A stretch of DNA of 64,000 bases from Coprothermobacterota bacterium (GCA_037446255.1 JBBIIY010000001.1:74550-138549); one strand, 5' to 3'. Numbered from the stretch's first letter, positions 19,808 to 29,507 are shown. The notes: generated by a model from the letters alone, not told the origin. A program made the numbers and translations.

Positions 19808-20149
19808 GTGTTTGCAACCGCATGGTTTGCTTTCAGCAACCCATGAGGAAAGTCCGGGCTCCATAGGGCAAAAGGCTGGGTAACACCCAGCGAGGGCGAC
19901 CTCGGGAAAGTGCCACAGAGATAAAACCGCCTGTTTATGACAGGTAAGGGTGCAAAGGTGGGGTAAGAGCTCACCGTGCGGAGGGCGACTGAAGCAGCAG
20001 GGTAAACCCCCTTTGGAGCAAGGCCGAATAGGAAGGCGACGACGGTGCCCCTTGAGCCTTCGGGTAGGCCGCTTGAGATATTGAGTAATCAATATCCTTA
20101 GATAAATGGTTGCACCAGGACAGAACCCGGCTTATGGTTCACTCAGGCG
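19797..20149 (+). ncRNA. rnpB: RNase P RNA, bacterial type-A-like, about 353 nt
   Basis: Universal P4 strands AGGAAAGTCCGGGCTCCATAGGGCA and ACAGAACCCGGCTTAT. P1 pairs CGCCTGAGTGA (19797-19807) with TCACTCAGGCG (20139-20149). Internal blocks GGTAAGGGTGCAAAGGTGGGGTAAGAGCTCACC and GGTAAACCCCCTTTGGAGCAAGGCCGAATAGG are collinear with E. coli M1 RNA. The region is GC-rich relative to its flanks. Confidence 0.9.
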
Positions 20150-20184
20150 TTAATCTTATTTACATTAGGAAATAGAGGTAGAGT

Positions 20185-21711
20185 ATGTTTTACATAACAA
20201 CACCTATATATTATGTTAATGCTCGTCCCCACCTGGGTACTACTTATACTACGGTAATTGCCGATGTTATGTCTCGTTACCATAGGTTGATGGGTGAAGA
20301 TACTTTTTTTTTAACGGGAACTGATGAGCATGGTATTAATATTCAGAGACTTGCAGAAAATAAAAATATTACTCCTCAACAGCATTGCGATGAGTTGGCA
20401 TCTGCTTTTCAAGAAACCTGGAAAAAATTGCACATTCGATATGATGGTTTTATCAGGACTTCTGAAAATAGACATATTGAAGTAGTACAGCAGGTATTTG
20501 AATATTTATTTAATAAAGGCGTGTTGTATAAAGGGGTCTATAAAGGATGGTATTGCCCTCGCTGTGAATCCTATTATAATGTTGAAGAATTGGAAGAAAA
20601 TAACTGCCCAGTCCATCAAAGCAAGGTTGATTATTTGGAAGAAGAAACTTATTTTTTCTCCTGGAGTAATTACCAGGGAAAGCTTTTGGAATACTATACT
20701 AATCATCCAAATTTTGTGGTTCCCGAAAACCGATACCGCGAGATTATATCCTTTGTTGAAAGAGGATTGAAAGATATATCAGTTAGCAGGACCAGCGTTA
20801 GCTGGGGAATCCCGGTAATTAGCACTCCTGAACATACTGTATATGTTTGGCTGGATGCCTTGCTTAATTACCTCAGCGCAGTGGGTTTTAACAGTAATAA
20901 CCGTCTTTTCTCCTCCCTATGGCCTCCAAAGGCACAGGTGATGGCTAAAGACATTCTAAGGCAACATGCTGCCTTCTGGCCAGCAGTGCTTATGGCTCTT
21001 GACCTGCCTTTACCTGAACACCTGATGGTACACGAATATTTTTTGGTAACCGGTTCAAAAATGTCAAAATCAGGAGGAAATGTTTTTGATCCATTAGTTT
21101 TAATTGACGAATTGAGTAAATTATCCGGCATAGACCCGCAAATTAGTGCGGATGCCTTAAGATATTTTTTAATAAAAGATGGACCAGAAAAGAGTGATTC
21201 AGATTTTAATTTTGAGTCTTTCATTAACAGGTTCAAAGTTGATCTGGCTAATGATTGGGGTAACCTCGTTAACAGAACTTTCGGTTTGATGCTTAGGGTA
21301 GGATTAAATAGAGTACCCAACCCGGTTGGGATTTATGATAATGAATTTAAAACTGAAGTTCAGAAATATATTAAATTATATCATCAGTCCTTTTCTGAAC
21401 TTAGCCCCAAGGAGGCTCTAAATCAAATTTGTGCAATTCTAAGGTATTTAAATACTTATATTGATACTAAAAGACCCTGGAGCGCAGAAGTGAAAGATAG
21501 AGATAATTGTCTTTATCATATTCTTGAAGGCATCAGGATAGTTTCCCTTCTTATGTTACCTTTCATGCCCGTAAGCTCGGAAACAATACTCAGGTCCCTG
21601 AACTATTGTATTGATAAAATAGATATGACAACAGATACTTCCTTATTTAAAATTATTCCCGAAGCACCTATTTTTCTTAACTTGCCTCCTCTCTTTCCCA
21701 GACCGAAATGA
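20185..21711 (+). CDS. metG: Methionine--tRNA ligase (short form without the C-terminal dimerisation domain)
   Basis: N-term MFYITTPIYYVNARPHLG, Zn knuckle CPRCESYY...CPVH and KMSKSGGN. Confidence 0.9.
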   Translation: MFYITTPIYYVNARPHLGTTYTTVIADVMSRYHRLMGEDTFFLTGTDEHGINIQRLAENKNITPQQHCDELASAFQETWKKLHIRYDGFIRTSENRHIEVVQQVFEYLFNKGVLYKGVYKGWYCPRCESYYNVEELEENNCPVHQSKVDYLEEETYFFSWSNYQGKLLEYYTNHPNFVVPENRYREIISFVERGLKDISVSRTSVSWGIPVISTPEHTVYVWLDALLNYLSAVGFNSNNRLFSSLWPPKAQVMAKDILRQHAAFWPAVLMALDLPLPEHLMVHEYFLVTGSKMSKSGGNVFDPLVLIDELSKLSGIDPQISADALRYFLIKDGPEKSDSDFNFESFINRFKVDLANDWGNLVNRTFGLMLRVGLNRVPNPVGIYDNEFKTEVQKYIKLYHQSFSELSPKEALNQICAILRYLNTYIDTKRPWSAEVKDRDNCLYHILEGIRIVSLLMLPFMPVSSETILRSLNYCIDKIDMTTDTSLFKIIPEAPIFLNLPPLFPRPK

Positions 21712-22481
21712 TCAAACTCATAGATAGTCACACTCATCTTAACTCCCATAAATTATTGCCATATTTAGATGATGTCATAAGAGAAAGCAATAAAGTTGGT
21801 CTGATATCTATGTTAAATGTGGGATTTGATTTTTCTACCAGCCTCAAGGGAATAGAGATAGCCTCTAAATACCAGAATATTTATACTTCAGTAGGCCTAC
21901 ACCCTAACGATATTAAGGGATTTGAGCTTAAAACTTTAGAAGATTATAAGTGTTTGTTAGAAAAACCCCGGGTGATGGCTGTTGGAGAAGTAGGTCTTGA
22001 TTATTTTAGAAACCCTGAATATAAAAACGGTCAAAAAAAAGTGATGGAATTTTTTATTGACCTGGCATTACAGTCTCGATTACCCGTTATATTGCATATC
22101 AGAGATGCTTATAACGAGTGTTTTGATGTGCTAAATTCATTTAATGAATTACCCAGGATTATTTTTCATTGTTTTTCTGGAGATAGTGATGATGCTAAAT
22201 TGGCTCTGGATTATGACAGTTACATTTCCTTTGCTGGCAATATTACCTACCCCAAAGCAAATCTGTTGAGAGAAGCCCTTTCTTTCATACCTTTAAACAG
22301 ATTACTCTTAGAAACGGATGCTCCTTATTTACCTCCTCAATCTTTCAGAGGTAAAATATGTCAACCCTCATATATTATGGAAACTTATCTAACAGTAGCA
22401 AAATTAAGAAAGGTTAGCCTGGAAAATTTGAGCCAAACAATATTTAATAACTATAATAGTTTGTTTAGAGGTGTTGTATGA
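21708..22481 (+). CDS. tatD: TatD-family metal-dependent DNase/hydrolase
   Basis: IDSHTHLN N-terminus, TIM-barrel hydrolase motifs, 257 aa. Confidence 0.85.
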   Translation: MIKLIDSHTHLNSHKLLPYLDDVIRESNKVGLISMLNVGFDFSTSLKGIEIASKYQNIYTSVGLHPNDIKGFELKTLEDYKCLLEKPRVMAVGEVGLDYFRNPEYKNGQKKVMEFFIDLALQSRLPVILHIRDAYNECFDVLNSFNELPRIIFHCFSGDSDDAKLALDYDSYISFAGNITYPKANLLREALSFIPLNRLLLETDAPYLPPQSFRGKICQPSYIMETYLTVAKLRKVSLENLSQTIFNNYNSLFRGVV

Positions 22482-22714
22482 CAGAAAAAATTGCCGAAAG
22501 AATTAGTATTCTTATCAATCAAAAATGGTGTAAAAAATGTGGAATATGTGTTTCTTTTTGCCCTACCAGCGTTCTGGAACTTGATCCTAAAAATGGTGTA
22601 ATAGTTAAAGATTTATCAGCCTGTATTAAATGCAAACTTTGCGAACTGAGATGCCCGGATTTTGCTATTGAAGTAACTGTAGAAGGCGATGAGAGAGAAA
22701 ATACTGGTAGTTGA
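22478..22714 (+). CDS. Small 2x[4Fe-4S] ferredoxin
   Basis: Two CxxCxxCxxxCP clusters: CKKCGICVSFCP and CIKCKLCELRCP. Confidence 0.7.
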   Translation: MTEKIAERISILINQKWCKKCGICVSFCPTSVLELDPKNGVIVKDLSACIKCKLCELRCPDFAIEVTVEGDERENTGS

Positions 22715-23252
22715 AAGAGAAGTGTTTTTTGAACCTGGATTTTTTGAAGGTTTTCTTTTCTTTGATAAATGCTCTAAATATCTAAATGTCATTGAAAATT
22801 ATGCATATTCTGCTGAGAGAACTATAGTAGAGACAAATATAAATTTAAAGCAATTAATTTCTTATGCCATTGTAAAATCTGGTAATGAAGTATTTGCTTA
22901 CCAGAGGGTTACCGGTAACGAAAAGAGATTAAGAGATTTATGGTCTATCGGAGTTGGAGGGCATATTAGAAGTCGGGATGGTGATTCCCCTTTGAAAGCG
23001 GTAGAAAAAGGAACTTTACGGGAGTTTAAGGAAGAATTGGGGTTTTTACCTGTCAACATCAAACTCCTGGGACTATTAAATCTTGAAGAAAGAGAAGTTG
23101 ACATGGTTCACTTAGGCATAGTTTATACCTGTGAAGCTAAACCACCAGTTAAAGGGGGAAAGTTTCTTCCACTCCAGGAAATCTCACGGTTGAATCTGGA
23201 GAATTGGTCTAAAAACCTTTTAAATAACCTGATAGAATTAAGAGTAATATAA
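22689..23252 (+). CDS. Nudix-like hydrolase with a divergent Nudix box
   Basis: GTLREFKEELGF resembles the REUxEExGU part of the Nudix box, but the upstream Gx5Ex7 spacing does not fit. Confidence 0.4.
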   Translation: MREKILVVEREVFFEPGFFEGFLFFDKCSKYLNVIENYAYSAERTIVETNINLKQLISYAIVKSGNEVFAYQRVTGNEKRLRDLWSIGVGGHIRSRDGDSPLKAVEKGTLREFKEELGFLPVNIKLLGLLNLEEREVDMVHLGIVYTCEAKPPVKGGKFLPLQEISRLNLENWSKNLLNNLIELRVI

Positions 23253-23264
23253 ACTGTTAGCCGC

Positions 23265-24008
23265 TTATTCTTTTACAGCTAATGGTATCATCCTTGGGGA
23301 TTGGCTGTTATATAAAGAGCCATCGTAATCTCCATATACTTTATTTATTTTAAAACCAACACTCTCCATACTATTTTTTAACTCAGCCAGCGTATAAAGC
23401 CTTATAGAAATATATCCCTCTTTTCTCAGTCCATTACTCAATATGATTCTTCTGGTGATAGCCCTTCCTTTTAAATGGTTAAAATTATATGCTTCCAGAA
23501 CAAATAATCCCTCTCTTTCTTCCCAGTTTTTAGTAGGCTGGAGGGACATTATTTTTTCCCGGTTAACCAGGTCTAAGAGAAACTTACCGCCAGGTTTTAA
23601 CATATTATATGATTTTTCAATAAGGGTGAAGTTTTGTTCATCGTTCTCATAAAAGCCAAAACTGGTGTACATATTTATCACAGCATCAAATTCATTAGAA
23701 AAATTAATTTCAGCAGGGTTTAGTTTTAGAAATGATATGTTCTCTTTTAATTTAGCTTCTTCTATCTTCTTTAAGCCCACATCCAGTAAATATTGTGAGG
23801 TTTCCACACCTACCACCCGGTAATTTAATTTACCTAACAGAATTGCGTGTCTTCCATATCCACAAAATAAGTCAAGAACTTTTGCTCCTGGTTTAAGGTT
23901 TAGAGTAGAATCAATAAATTCAACTTCTGCTTGCGTTCTTCTTTCTAAATCCTCTCCGTATATTTTTAGGTAATCTTCTCCATAGAAATTATCAAAATCA
24001 ATTTGCAT
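23265..24008 (-). CDS. Class I SAM-dependent methyltransferase
   Basis: Motif I VLDLFCGYGRHAILL, motif post-I, 247 aa. Confidence 0.8.
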   Translation of the reverse strand: MQIDFDNFYGEDYLKIYGEDLERRTQAEVEFIDSTLNLKPGAKVLDLFCGYGRHAILLGKLNYRVVGVETSQYLLDVGLKKIEEAKLKENISFLKLNPAEINFSNEFDAVINMYTSFGFYENDEQNFTLIEKSYNMLKPGGKFLLDLVNREKIMSLQPTKNWEEREGLFVLEAYNFNHLKGRAITRRIILSNGLRKEGYISIRLYTLAELKNSMESVGFKINKVYGDYDGSLYNSQSPRMIPLAVKE

Positions 24009-24125
24009 TTATCCTCCATTTTTTTAAATAAAAATAACATAGATTTGAATATTCTGTCAACCTCTAAAGATATATTTTTTATTTATTTTTTACCTATTCT
24101 ACGATACACCTGAAAAAAGAAAATA

Positions 24126-24154
24126 TTGAATTGTAATTAAAAAATATATATAAT
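24126..24154 (+). promoter_or_regulatory. Consensus-like sigma70 promoter: TTGAAT, 17-nt spacer, TATAAT, upstream of the DUF4388 gene
   Basis: TTGAAT 24126-24131 and TATAAT 24149-24154 in a very AT-rich divergent intergenic region. Confidence 0.45.
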
Positions 24155-24201
24155 GTAAAATAGAAAGAAGTGTTAGCTAATATTTATTTATAGGAGGATA
24201 T

Positions 24202-25041
24202 ATGTCTTTAGAAGGATCATTAAAAAGTTTTGGTTTAGAAGAACTTATCGGTATGCTATCTTGGGGTAAAAAAACGGGTAAACTTTTATTGAAGACTGAT
24301 AATGAGGTAGGAGAGATATTTCTTAAAGGGGGGATACCAATTCACGCCCAGGTTGGTCAAATAAAAGGAGAAGATGCCCTGTTTCATGTTTTTCTCTGGA
24401 TGGATGGGAATTTTTCTTTTGATACAGATATTTCTTCTCCGGTTGAATCAATTGATATGCCGATTGAGATGGTCATTAAAGAAGCAGGGGAGAGAAAAAG
24501 GAGATGGGAAGAAGTTCAAACTCAAATTCCAAATTTTGATGTTACCCTGGAACCCATCCCCGCCTTAGAAAAAGACCATATCATTCTTTCAGCAGATGAG
24601 TGGATTATACTACCAATGATTTTCAATCGCAAGACCATCAAAAATATTAACTTAACCTCTCCCCTGGGAAGCTATCGCTCTGTAATGGCTATACATTCCC
24701 TTATTGAGCAAGGGGTATTTAGTTTAGGACAGAGATCAGCAGTACGGGAAGGTTTTTACGAATTAATAACCGAACTTAAACCTGAAGGAATAATTAGTAC
24801 TTCTTCCACAGAAGAATCGGCTTTCGTTTCTTTGCCTTTAATTAAGGAATTACAGGATAAAAGTTGGTTTTTATCTGAGAATTTCAAAGTTGAAATAGAA
24901 GCCACCCCTGGAAAAACTGTGTCTATGTTGATGAGAGGAAGAGTTGGGCTGAAAGATGATAGGATTCAACTTCCAGCCGCAGTTCTTTCCAGGCTAGGCA
25001 TCAAACCTGGTGATAAAGTTAAAATAAGTCCATCTACTTAA
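24202..25041 (+). CDS. DUF4388-domain protein with a C-terminal AbrB/MazE/SpoVT-like swapped-hairpin domain
   Basis: N-term SLEGSLKSFGLEELIGMLSWGKKTGKLLLK...IFLKGGIPIHA is DUF4388/PatA-N-like. C-term DDRIQLPAAVLSRLGIKPGDKVKI is AbrB/MazE-like. Confidence 0.5.
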   Translation: MSLEGSLKSFGLEELIGMLSWGKKTGKLLLKTDNEVGEIFLKGGIPIHAQVGQIKGEDALFHVFLWMDGNFSFDTDISSPVESIDMPIEMVIKEAGERKRRWEEVQTQIPNFDVTLEPIPALEKDHIILSADEWIILPMIFNRKTIKNINLTSPLGSYRSVMAIHSLIEQGVFSLGQRSAVREGFYELITELKPEGIISTSSTEESAFVSLPLIKELQDKSWFLSENFKVEIEATPGKTVSMLMRGRVGLKDDRIQLPAAVLSRLGIKPGDKVKISPST

Positions 25042-25050
25042 TTTATTGTT

Positions 25051-25977
25051 TTAAACTTTAAGTCGGGGATCAAGGGCATCCCTCAGTCCATCTCCTATAA
25101 AATTAAAGGAAAGAACGGTAAAGAAGAGAGCGAATCCAGGTAGCAATATTAGATACCAATAAGAGGGTAATAAAGCCCATATGGTAGCTCCCTGGAGCAT
25201 TTGACCCCAGGAAGTGGCAGGTGGCGAAACTCCTAATCCGAGGAAAGATAAAGAAGCTTCCCAGACCATGTTTCCGCCTATGGATAAGGTAGCTGAAACT
25301 ATTATAGGTGCCATAACATTAGGCAACAGATGTCCCCACATAACCTTACTATCCCGAGCTCCAATAGCTTTGGAAGCTTCAATAAATTGCTGTTCCCGAA
25401 GAGAAAGTACCTGACCTCTCACCAACCGGGCAGTGACCATCCATCCCAAGAAAGCCATAACCATAACAATGGGTAAAATACCGGCAAAAATACCTAATCT
25501 AAATTCAGTTTCCAGAACAGGGGTGATTCTTCTAAAAACAACTGCTAAACTCATTAGTAACGGCAAAGTTGGTATAGTTAGAAAAACATCTGTAAATCGC
25601 ATCAAGAGACTATCAACAATTTTGCCATAATATCCTGCTGCTAAACCTATCATTACACCCAGAAAAATTGAGACAGCAGTACTTAAGAATCCTACAAACA
25701 TGCTCACCTTACCACCGAACATCAATCTGGCGAGAATATCTCTCCCCAGAGAATCTGTTCCCAGAGGATACCCCGGAGAACCAGGTGGAAGGAAAACAGA
25801 AGGATTAAGGGGTATATATGATGGGCTTACCTTCCAGATAAGTGGTCCTGCAAAAGAAAAAGCTGTCATCAAAATTACCATTACTAAACCCGCGATGGCT
25901 AATTTGTGTCTTTTGAACCTTCTCCAGGTAATTTGCCAGAAGGAAAACTGTTCTAATAATTTTAGTTCTTCACTCAT
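25051..25977 (-). CDS. Peptide ABC transporter permease (OppC/DppC-like)
   Basis: N-terminal OppC extension and EAA-like loop. 308 aa with 6 TM. Confidence 0.85.
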   Translation of the reverse strand: MSEELKLLEQFSFWQITWRRFKRHKLAIAGLVMVILMTAFSFAGPLIWKVSPSYIPLNPSVFLPPGSPGYPLGTDSLGRDILARLMFGGKVSMFVGFLSTAVSIFLGVMIGLAAGYYGKIVDSLLMRFTDVFLTIPTLPLLMSLAVVFRRITPVLETEFRLGIFAGILPIVMVMAFLGWMVTARLVRGQVLSLREQQFIEASKAIGARDSKVMWGHLLPNVMAPIIVSATLSIGGNMVWEASLSFLGLGVSPPATSWGQMLQGATIWALLPSYWYLILLPGFALFFTVLSFNFIGDGLRDALDPRLKV

Positions 25978-26938
25978 AACTCACCCTCGGGTCAACCACG
26001 GCATAAAGGATGTCAGCTAATAAATTACCCAAAACCACCAGTATAGCAAACATCATTAAAACAGCCATAACTACCATATAATCATGGCCCATGATGGCTT
26101 GATAAAGAAGTCTTCCTATACCCGGAATGGAAAAAACTGTTTCTGTGATGGTAGCCCCACCTATCAAAGCTGGTAAAGAAAGTGCAAGGAGGGTTACTAC
26201 TGGAATCATAGCGTTTCTCAATGCATGTTTATATATAACAACCTTTTCACTTAAACCTTTGGCGCGAGCAGTTCTAATATAATCCTGGTTGATTACTTCT
26301 AAAAAAGAGGTTCTTACATATCTGAGTACACCCCCGGCGCTTACCAGGGCAAGCACTACCACAGGAAGAAAAAGATGTCTTATCCTGTCAACTAATTGGG
26401 TTAGAAAAGGTTCGGTTTCTATACCGGGAGTCATAAATCCGCCGGGAGGAAACCAGCCCAGAGCTGCAGAAAAAGTCATAAGCATCACCACTCCAAAGAA
26501 AAAGGTAGGCATAGAAAGACCGAAAAACACAAGGCCGGTGGCTATATTGTCACCCAGAGAATATTTTCTTAATGCTGAATATATACCTAAAGGAAGGGCT
26601 ATCAGGAGTTCTAAAATTAATGAAGCAGTACCATACTGGATAGAGACAGGTAGTTTAAAAGAAACCACTTGTAAAGCATTTTTTCCGGGGGTAGTTAAGG
26701 ATAATCCCCACTCTCCAATTATCATAGACCTTAACCAGAAAAAATACCTCATATACCATGGTTTATCAAAGCCCCACAGTTTCTGTATTCTTAGTATATC
26801 TCCGGGGGAAATTCTGGGATTGGTTCTTAATTGTTCAAAAGGATCACCCATCAGACTGATGATGCCAAAAATAATAAACGAAATTAATAGTAATAGGGGA
26901 ATCAGGGTCAGGATTCTCCGGATTAAAAAATTCTTCAT
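25970..26938 (-). CDS. Peptide ABC transporter permease (OppB/DppB-like)
   Basis: BPD_transp_1 topology, RTARAKGLSEKVVIYKHALRNA EAA motif, 322 aa. Confidence 0.85.
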   Translation of the reverse strand: MKNFLIRRILTLIPLLLLISFIIFGIISLMGDPFEQLRTNPRISPGDILRIQKLWGFDKPWYMRYFFWLRSMIIGEWGLSLTTPGKNALQVVSFKLPVSIQYGTASLILELLIALPLGIYSALRKYSLGDNIATGLVFFGLSMPTFFFGVVMLMTFSAALGWFPPGGFMTPGIETEPFLTQLVDRIRHLFLPVVVLALVSAGGVLRYVRTSFLEVINQDYIRTARAKGLSEKVVIYKHALRNAMIPVVTLLALSLPALIGGATITETVFSIPGIGRLLYQAIMGHDYMVVMAVLMMFAILVVLGNLLADILYAVVDPRVSYE

Positions 26939-26958
26939 TCACTACTCCTTGTCAAGAA

Positions 26959-26984
26959 GAGGAGGGGAGGATTCTCCCCTCCTC
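26959..26984 (-). promoter_or_regulatory. Intra-operon stem-loop (11-bp perfect stem, GATT loop) between the binding-protein and permease genes, a likely partial terminator or mRNA stabiliser
   Basis: GAGGAGGGGAG-gatt-CTCCCCTCCTC, arms exact complements. Confidence 0.45.
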
Positions 26985-27000
26985 AAAAACTTTAAATATA

Positions 27001-29400
27001 TTATTCCCGATACCAGTACATAATGTTCCAGGTGTGTGTGCCAACATCAATTCCTACGTCATATCCCTTTAAGTTCTCCTGTAGTGCAGTATGGGCAGAC
27101 CACCACAATAATGGAAGTTCAGGAACATCCCGATTCCAAAATACCTGGTGTTTGAAGTAAGCATCATTACGATTTTTAGCATTCAAATCTTCGTTAAATA
27201 TTTCAGCAAGCTTATCGGCTTCAGCGTTTCTCCAGCCGGAATAGTTCTGTCCTTGCCAGCCATTTGCTTTGGAGGGGATTGCAGAAGAGTGGTATAGAGT
27301 ATAACCGCCTGGTTCTACGATAGTGTTTTGACCCCAGGCAAAGTGAGCAATATCAAACTGCCTGGAAGGAGTCAATGTCCCGAATAAAATAGCACCACTT
27401 ACCTGTTCAAAACGCATAATTATTCCAACTTTAGCGAGTTGCTCTTTAATAACTTCTAATTGGGTTCTTCTATCTGCTCTTACTGTGGTAGTAACAGTGA
27501 AGTCAACTTTAACACCTTCGGGGGTGTGCCAGATACCACCAGTTTTCTTGAAACCAGCATCAGCCAGAGTTTTTTCTGCTTTTACCGGGTCATATAAGGT
27601 GGCATCTTTTATTACCTCAGCGTTTTTGGCAGCTGTAGAAAATAGAGCATACCCTCCACAGGGTTCTCTTCCACCATAAAACACCAGATTAGAAACAGCT
27701 TTTCTATCTATAGCATAGGATAAGGCTTTTCTCAAAGCGATGTATTTAAAAAGCGGGTGATTATAGGGAGTTCCTGGTTTTGGATCATCAGGTAGTTTTT
27801 TAGGGTCATCGTAGTTTATTGTCCAGTGTTCCCAATATACAGAAGGCATGCTGACAACTTTAACACCTTTAACCGGTCTTTCTCTCAGAACTTTGGCATG
27901 GTCATCGCTAAAACCAATTAAGGACATATCCAGAGTTTTACTGATAATACCGACTAGAGCCCCTTCAGTTTCTAAAAATCTATAAATAACTTTATCAAAC
28001 AGGCCTCTACCCATAAAGTAATTAGGGTCTGGTACTAATTCAATATGAGAACCGCGAACCCATTTAGAAAACTTGTAAGGTCCAATATTCATCGGGGCAT
28101 CGTTATAAGCGCTGGTTTGAATAGCGTTACCCTGACCGTTCAGGTAATCAAAGAGTGCTTTATTTCCTATCACGCTTTTTTCAGCCAGATAGGAACCATC
28201 ACTGTCAATAAATAAATCAAAGTCGGTAGTTACAGGTATATCCACGGTTCTTTTAAAGACATTGGTTTCAAACCAGTGTTTGGGATAAAGTGGAAGACCA
28301 AATTGTGGCCAGTAAGTATTTTTTCTCCAATATGTAGATATTTTATAATCTCCAACTAATTCAATTCTGAGTAGTTTATCATAAGGGTCAGTAGAAGCCA
28401 CGGGCATATCTTTAATTAAATACAGGATAGTTCCAAAAACAACATCTTTATTGGTCACTAATTTACCATCAGCCCATTTCAGGTTAGGTCTAAGTTCATA
28501 GTCAATCTTCATAGTAGGTTTGGCTTTTTTTCCAGTAACCAGCGTAATTTCGGGTTCTTTTCCACTGGGATATACAACCCACTTACCATTTTCCAGAGTA
28601 GGCCTTACTTTATCCATCTGAGGCCACATTTCCCCCCGCCAGTCGCTGGGGATAGTAGTATCGTATATACTGCCTAGAACTTGATACATAGCTGACATAC
28701 TATCAAGCATTCCAAATAAGGTAGCGGGTTCCTGGTGAATATCAATGGTTAAAGTTCCACCCATTTTTGGAGGGTATCTCAGGCGAAAGATAATTAAAGC
28801 TGCTTCAGCTCTGTTAGCTAAGGCATTGGCTGCCACCATTCTTCCTGTACGATAATTTAAAAACTGGTATAGTGGACGATAAGCAACAGTGATAATTCCT
28901 TTTGCCCAGGCAGGGACAGCTTCTTCATCGTTGGCTAAGGCAATTAGATCTTTTACTCCTTCAGCTTCTTTCTCTATACCCCTGGCTTTTACAGCTACAG
29001 CTGCCATTTCCGCGCGAGTTATCGGATTATTGGGTTTAAAGGACTTATCTGGATAACCTTTCAGGTAGCCTGATTTAACAGCAGCCTCCACAAATCCATA
29101 AGCCCAGTGGGTAGGGGGAACATCAGCGAAAGTTGGGGTTGCCGGTTTAATAATAGTTAATTTTTTTGCTCCGCTTATCAGGGTCGCATATTCTGCTCTG
29201 GTAAGGTTTCTTTCTGGACCGTAAGTGGTAGGAGTCAACCCCTTGATAATCCCGTCTGCCACAAGCTTACTTATATACTCGTAAGCCCAATGAGTAACTG
29301 GTACATCAGTGAATTTGACCTGTGCGTTGACAGGCATTAATAGAATACCAATACTCATAACTGCTACTAACATACATACAAACAATCTTTTACTCATCAT
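27001..29400 (-). CDS. Family-5 (peptide/nickel) ABC substrate-binding protein with three N-terminal SLH domains and a signal peptide
   Basis: Signal peptide ending VNAQV. Three SLH repeats (FTDVPVTHWAYEYISKLVADGIIKG..., FADVPPTHWAYGFVEAAVKSGYLKGYPDKSFKPNNPITRAEMA). The C-terminal ~550 aa is OppA/DppA-like SBP_bac_5. Confidence 0.85.
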   Translation of the reverse strand: MMSKRLFVCMLVAVMSIGILLMPVNAQVKFTDVPVTHWAYEYISKLVADGIIKGLTPTTYGPERNLTRAEYATLISGAKKLTIIKPATPTFADVPPTHWAYGFVEAAVKSGYLKGYPDKSFKPNNPITRAEMAAVAVKARGIEKEAEGVKDLIALANDEEAVPAWAKGIITVAYRPLYQFLNYRTGRMVAANALANRAEAALIIFRLRYPPKMGGTLTIDIHQEPATLFGMLDSMSAMYQVLGSIYDTTIPSDWRGEMWPQMDKVRPTLENGKWVVYPSGKEPEITLVTGKKAKPTMKIDYELRPNLKWADGKLVTNKDVVFGTILYLIKDMPVASTDPYDKLLRIELVGDYKISTYWRKNTYWPQFGLPLYPKHWFETNVFKRTVDIPVTTDFDLFIDSDGSYLAEKSVIGNKALFDYLNGQGNAIQTSAYNDAPMNIGPYKFSKWVRGSHIELVPDPNYFMGRGLFDKVIYRFLETEGALVGIISKTLDMSLIGFSDDHAKVLRERPVKGVKVVSMPSVYWEHWTINYDDPKKLPDDPKPGTPYNHPLFKYIALRKALSYAIDRKAVSNLVFYGGREPCGGYALFSTAAKNAEVIKDATLYDPVKAEKTLADAGFKKTGGIWHTPEGVKVDFTVTTTVRADRRTQLEVIKEQLAKVGIIMRFEQVSGAILFGTLTPSRQFDIAHFAWGQNTIVEPGGYTLYHSSAIPSKANGWQGQNYSGWRNAEADKLAEIFNEDLNAKNRNDAYFKHQVFWNRDVPELPLLWWSAHTALQENLKGYDVGIDVGTHTWNIMYWYRE

Positions 29401-29507
29401 AACCTCCTTTTCTTGAAAATAATCTTACAATACCTGCAAACAATTTTGCTTTTTCTATCCTTTCACATCCTTAATATTAAAAAAATATTATGTATAGTTA
29501 TAATTTT

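Noticed and set aside
19744-20092. Two minus-strand ORFs of 76 and 101 aa in the six-frame track
   Set aside because: They lie entirely within the GC-rich RNase P RNA gene, and their Pro/Arg/Cys-rich translations are typical of spurious frames over structured RNA.
26289-27023. 244-aa plus-strand ORF, and similar long antisense ORFs (e.g. 38509-38922, 40017-40397, 20868-21320, 42659-43048)
   Set aside because: They are fully embedded antisense to well-supported genes (permease, groEL, MATE, metG, CoA-transferase), with no motifs and no independent start signals.
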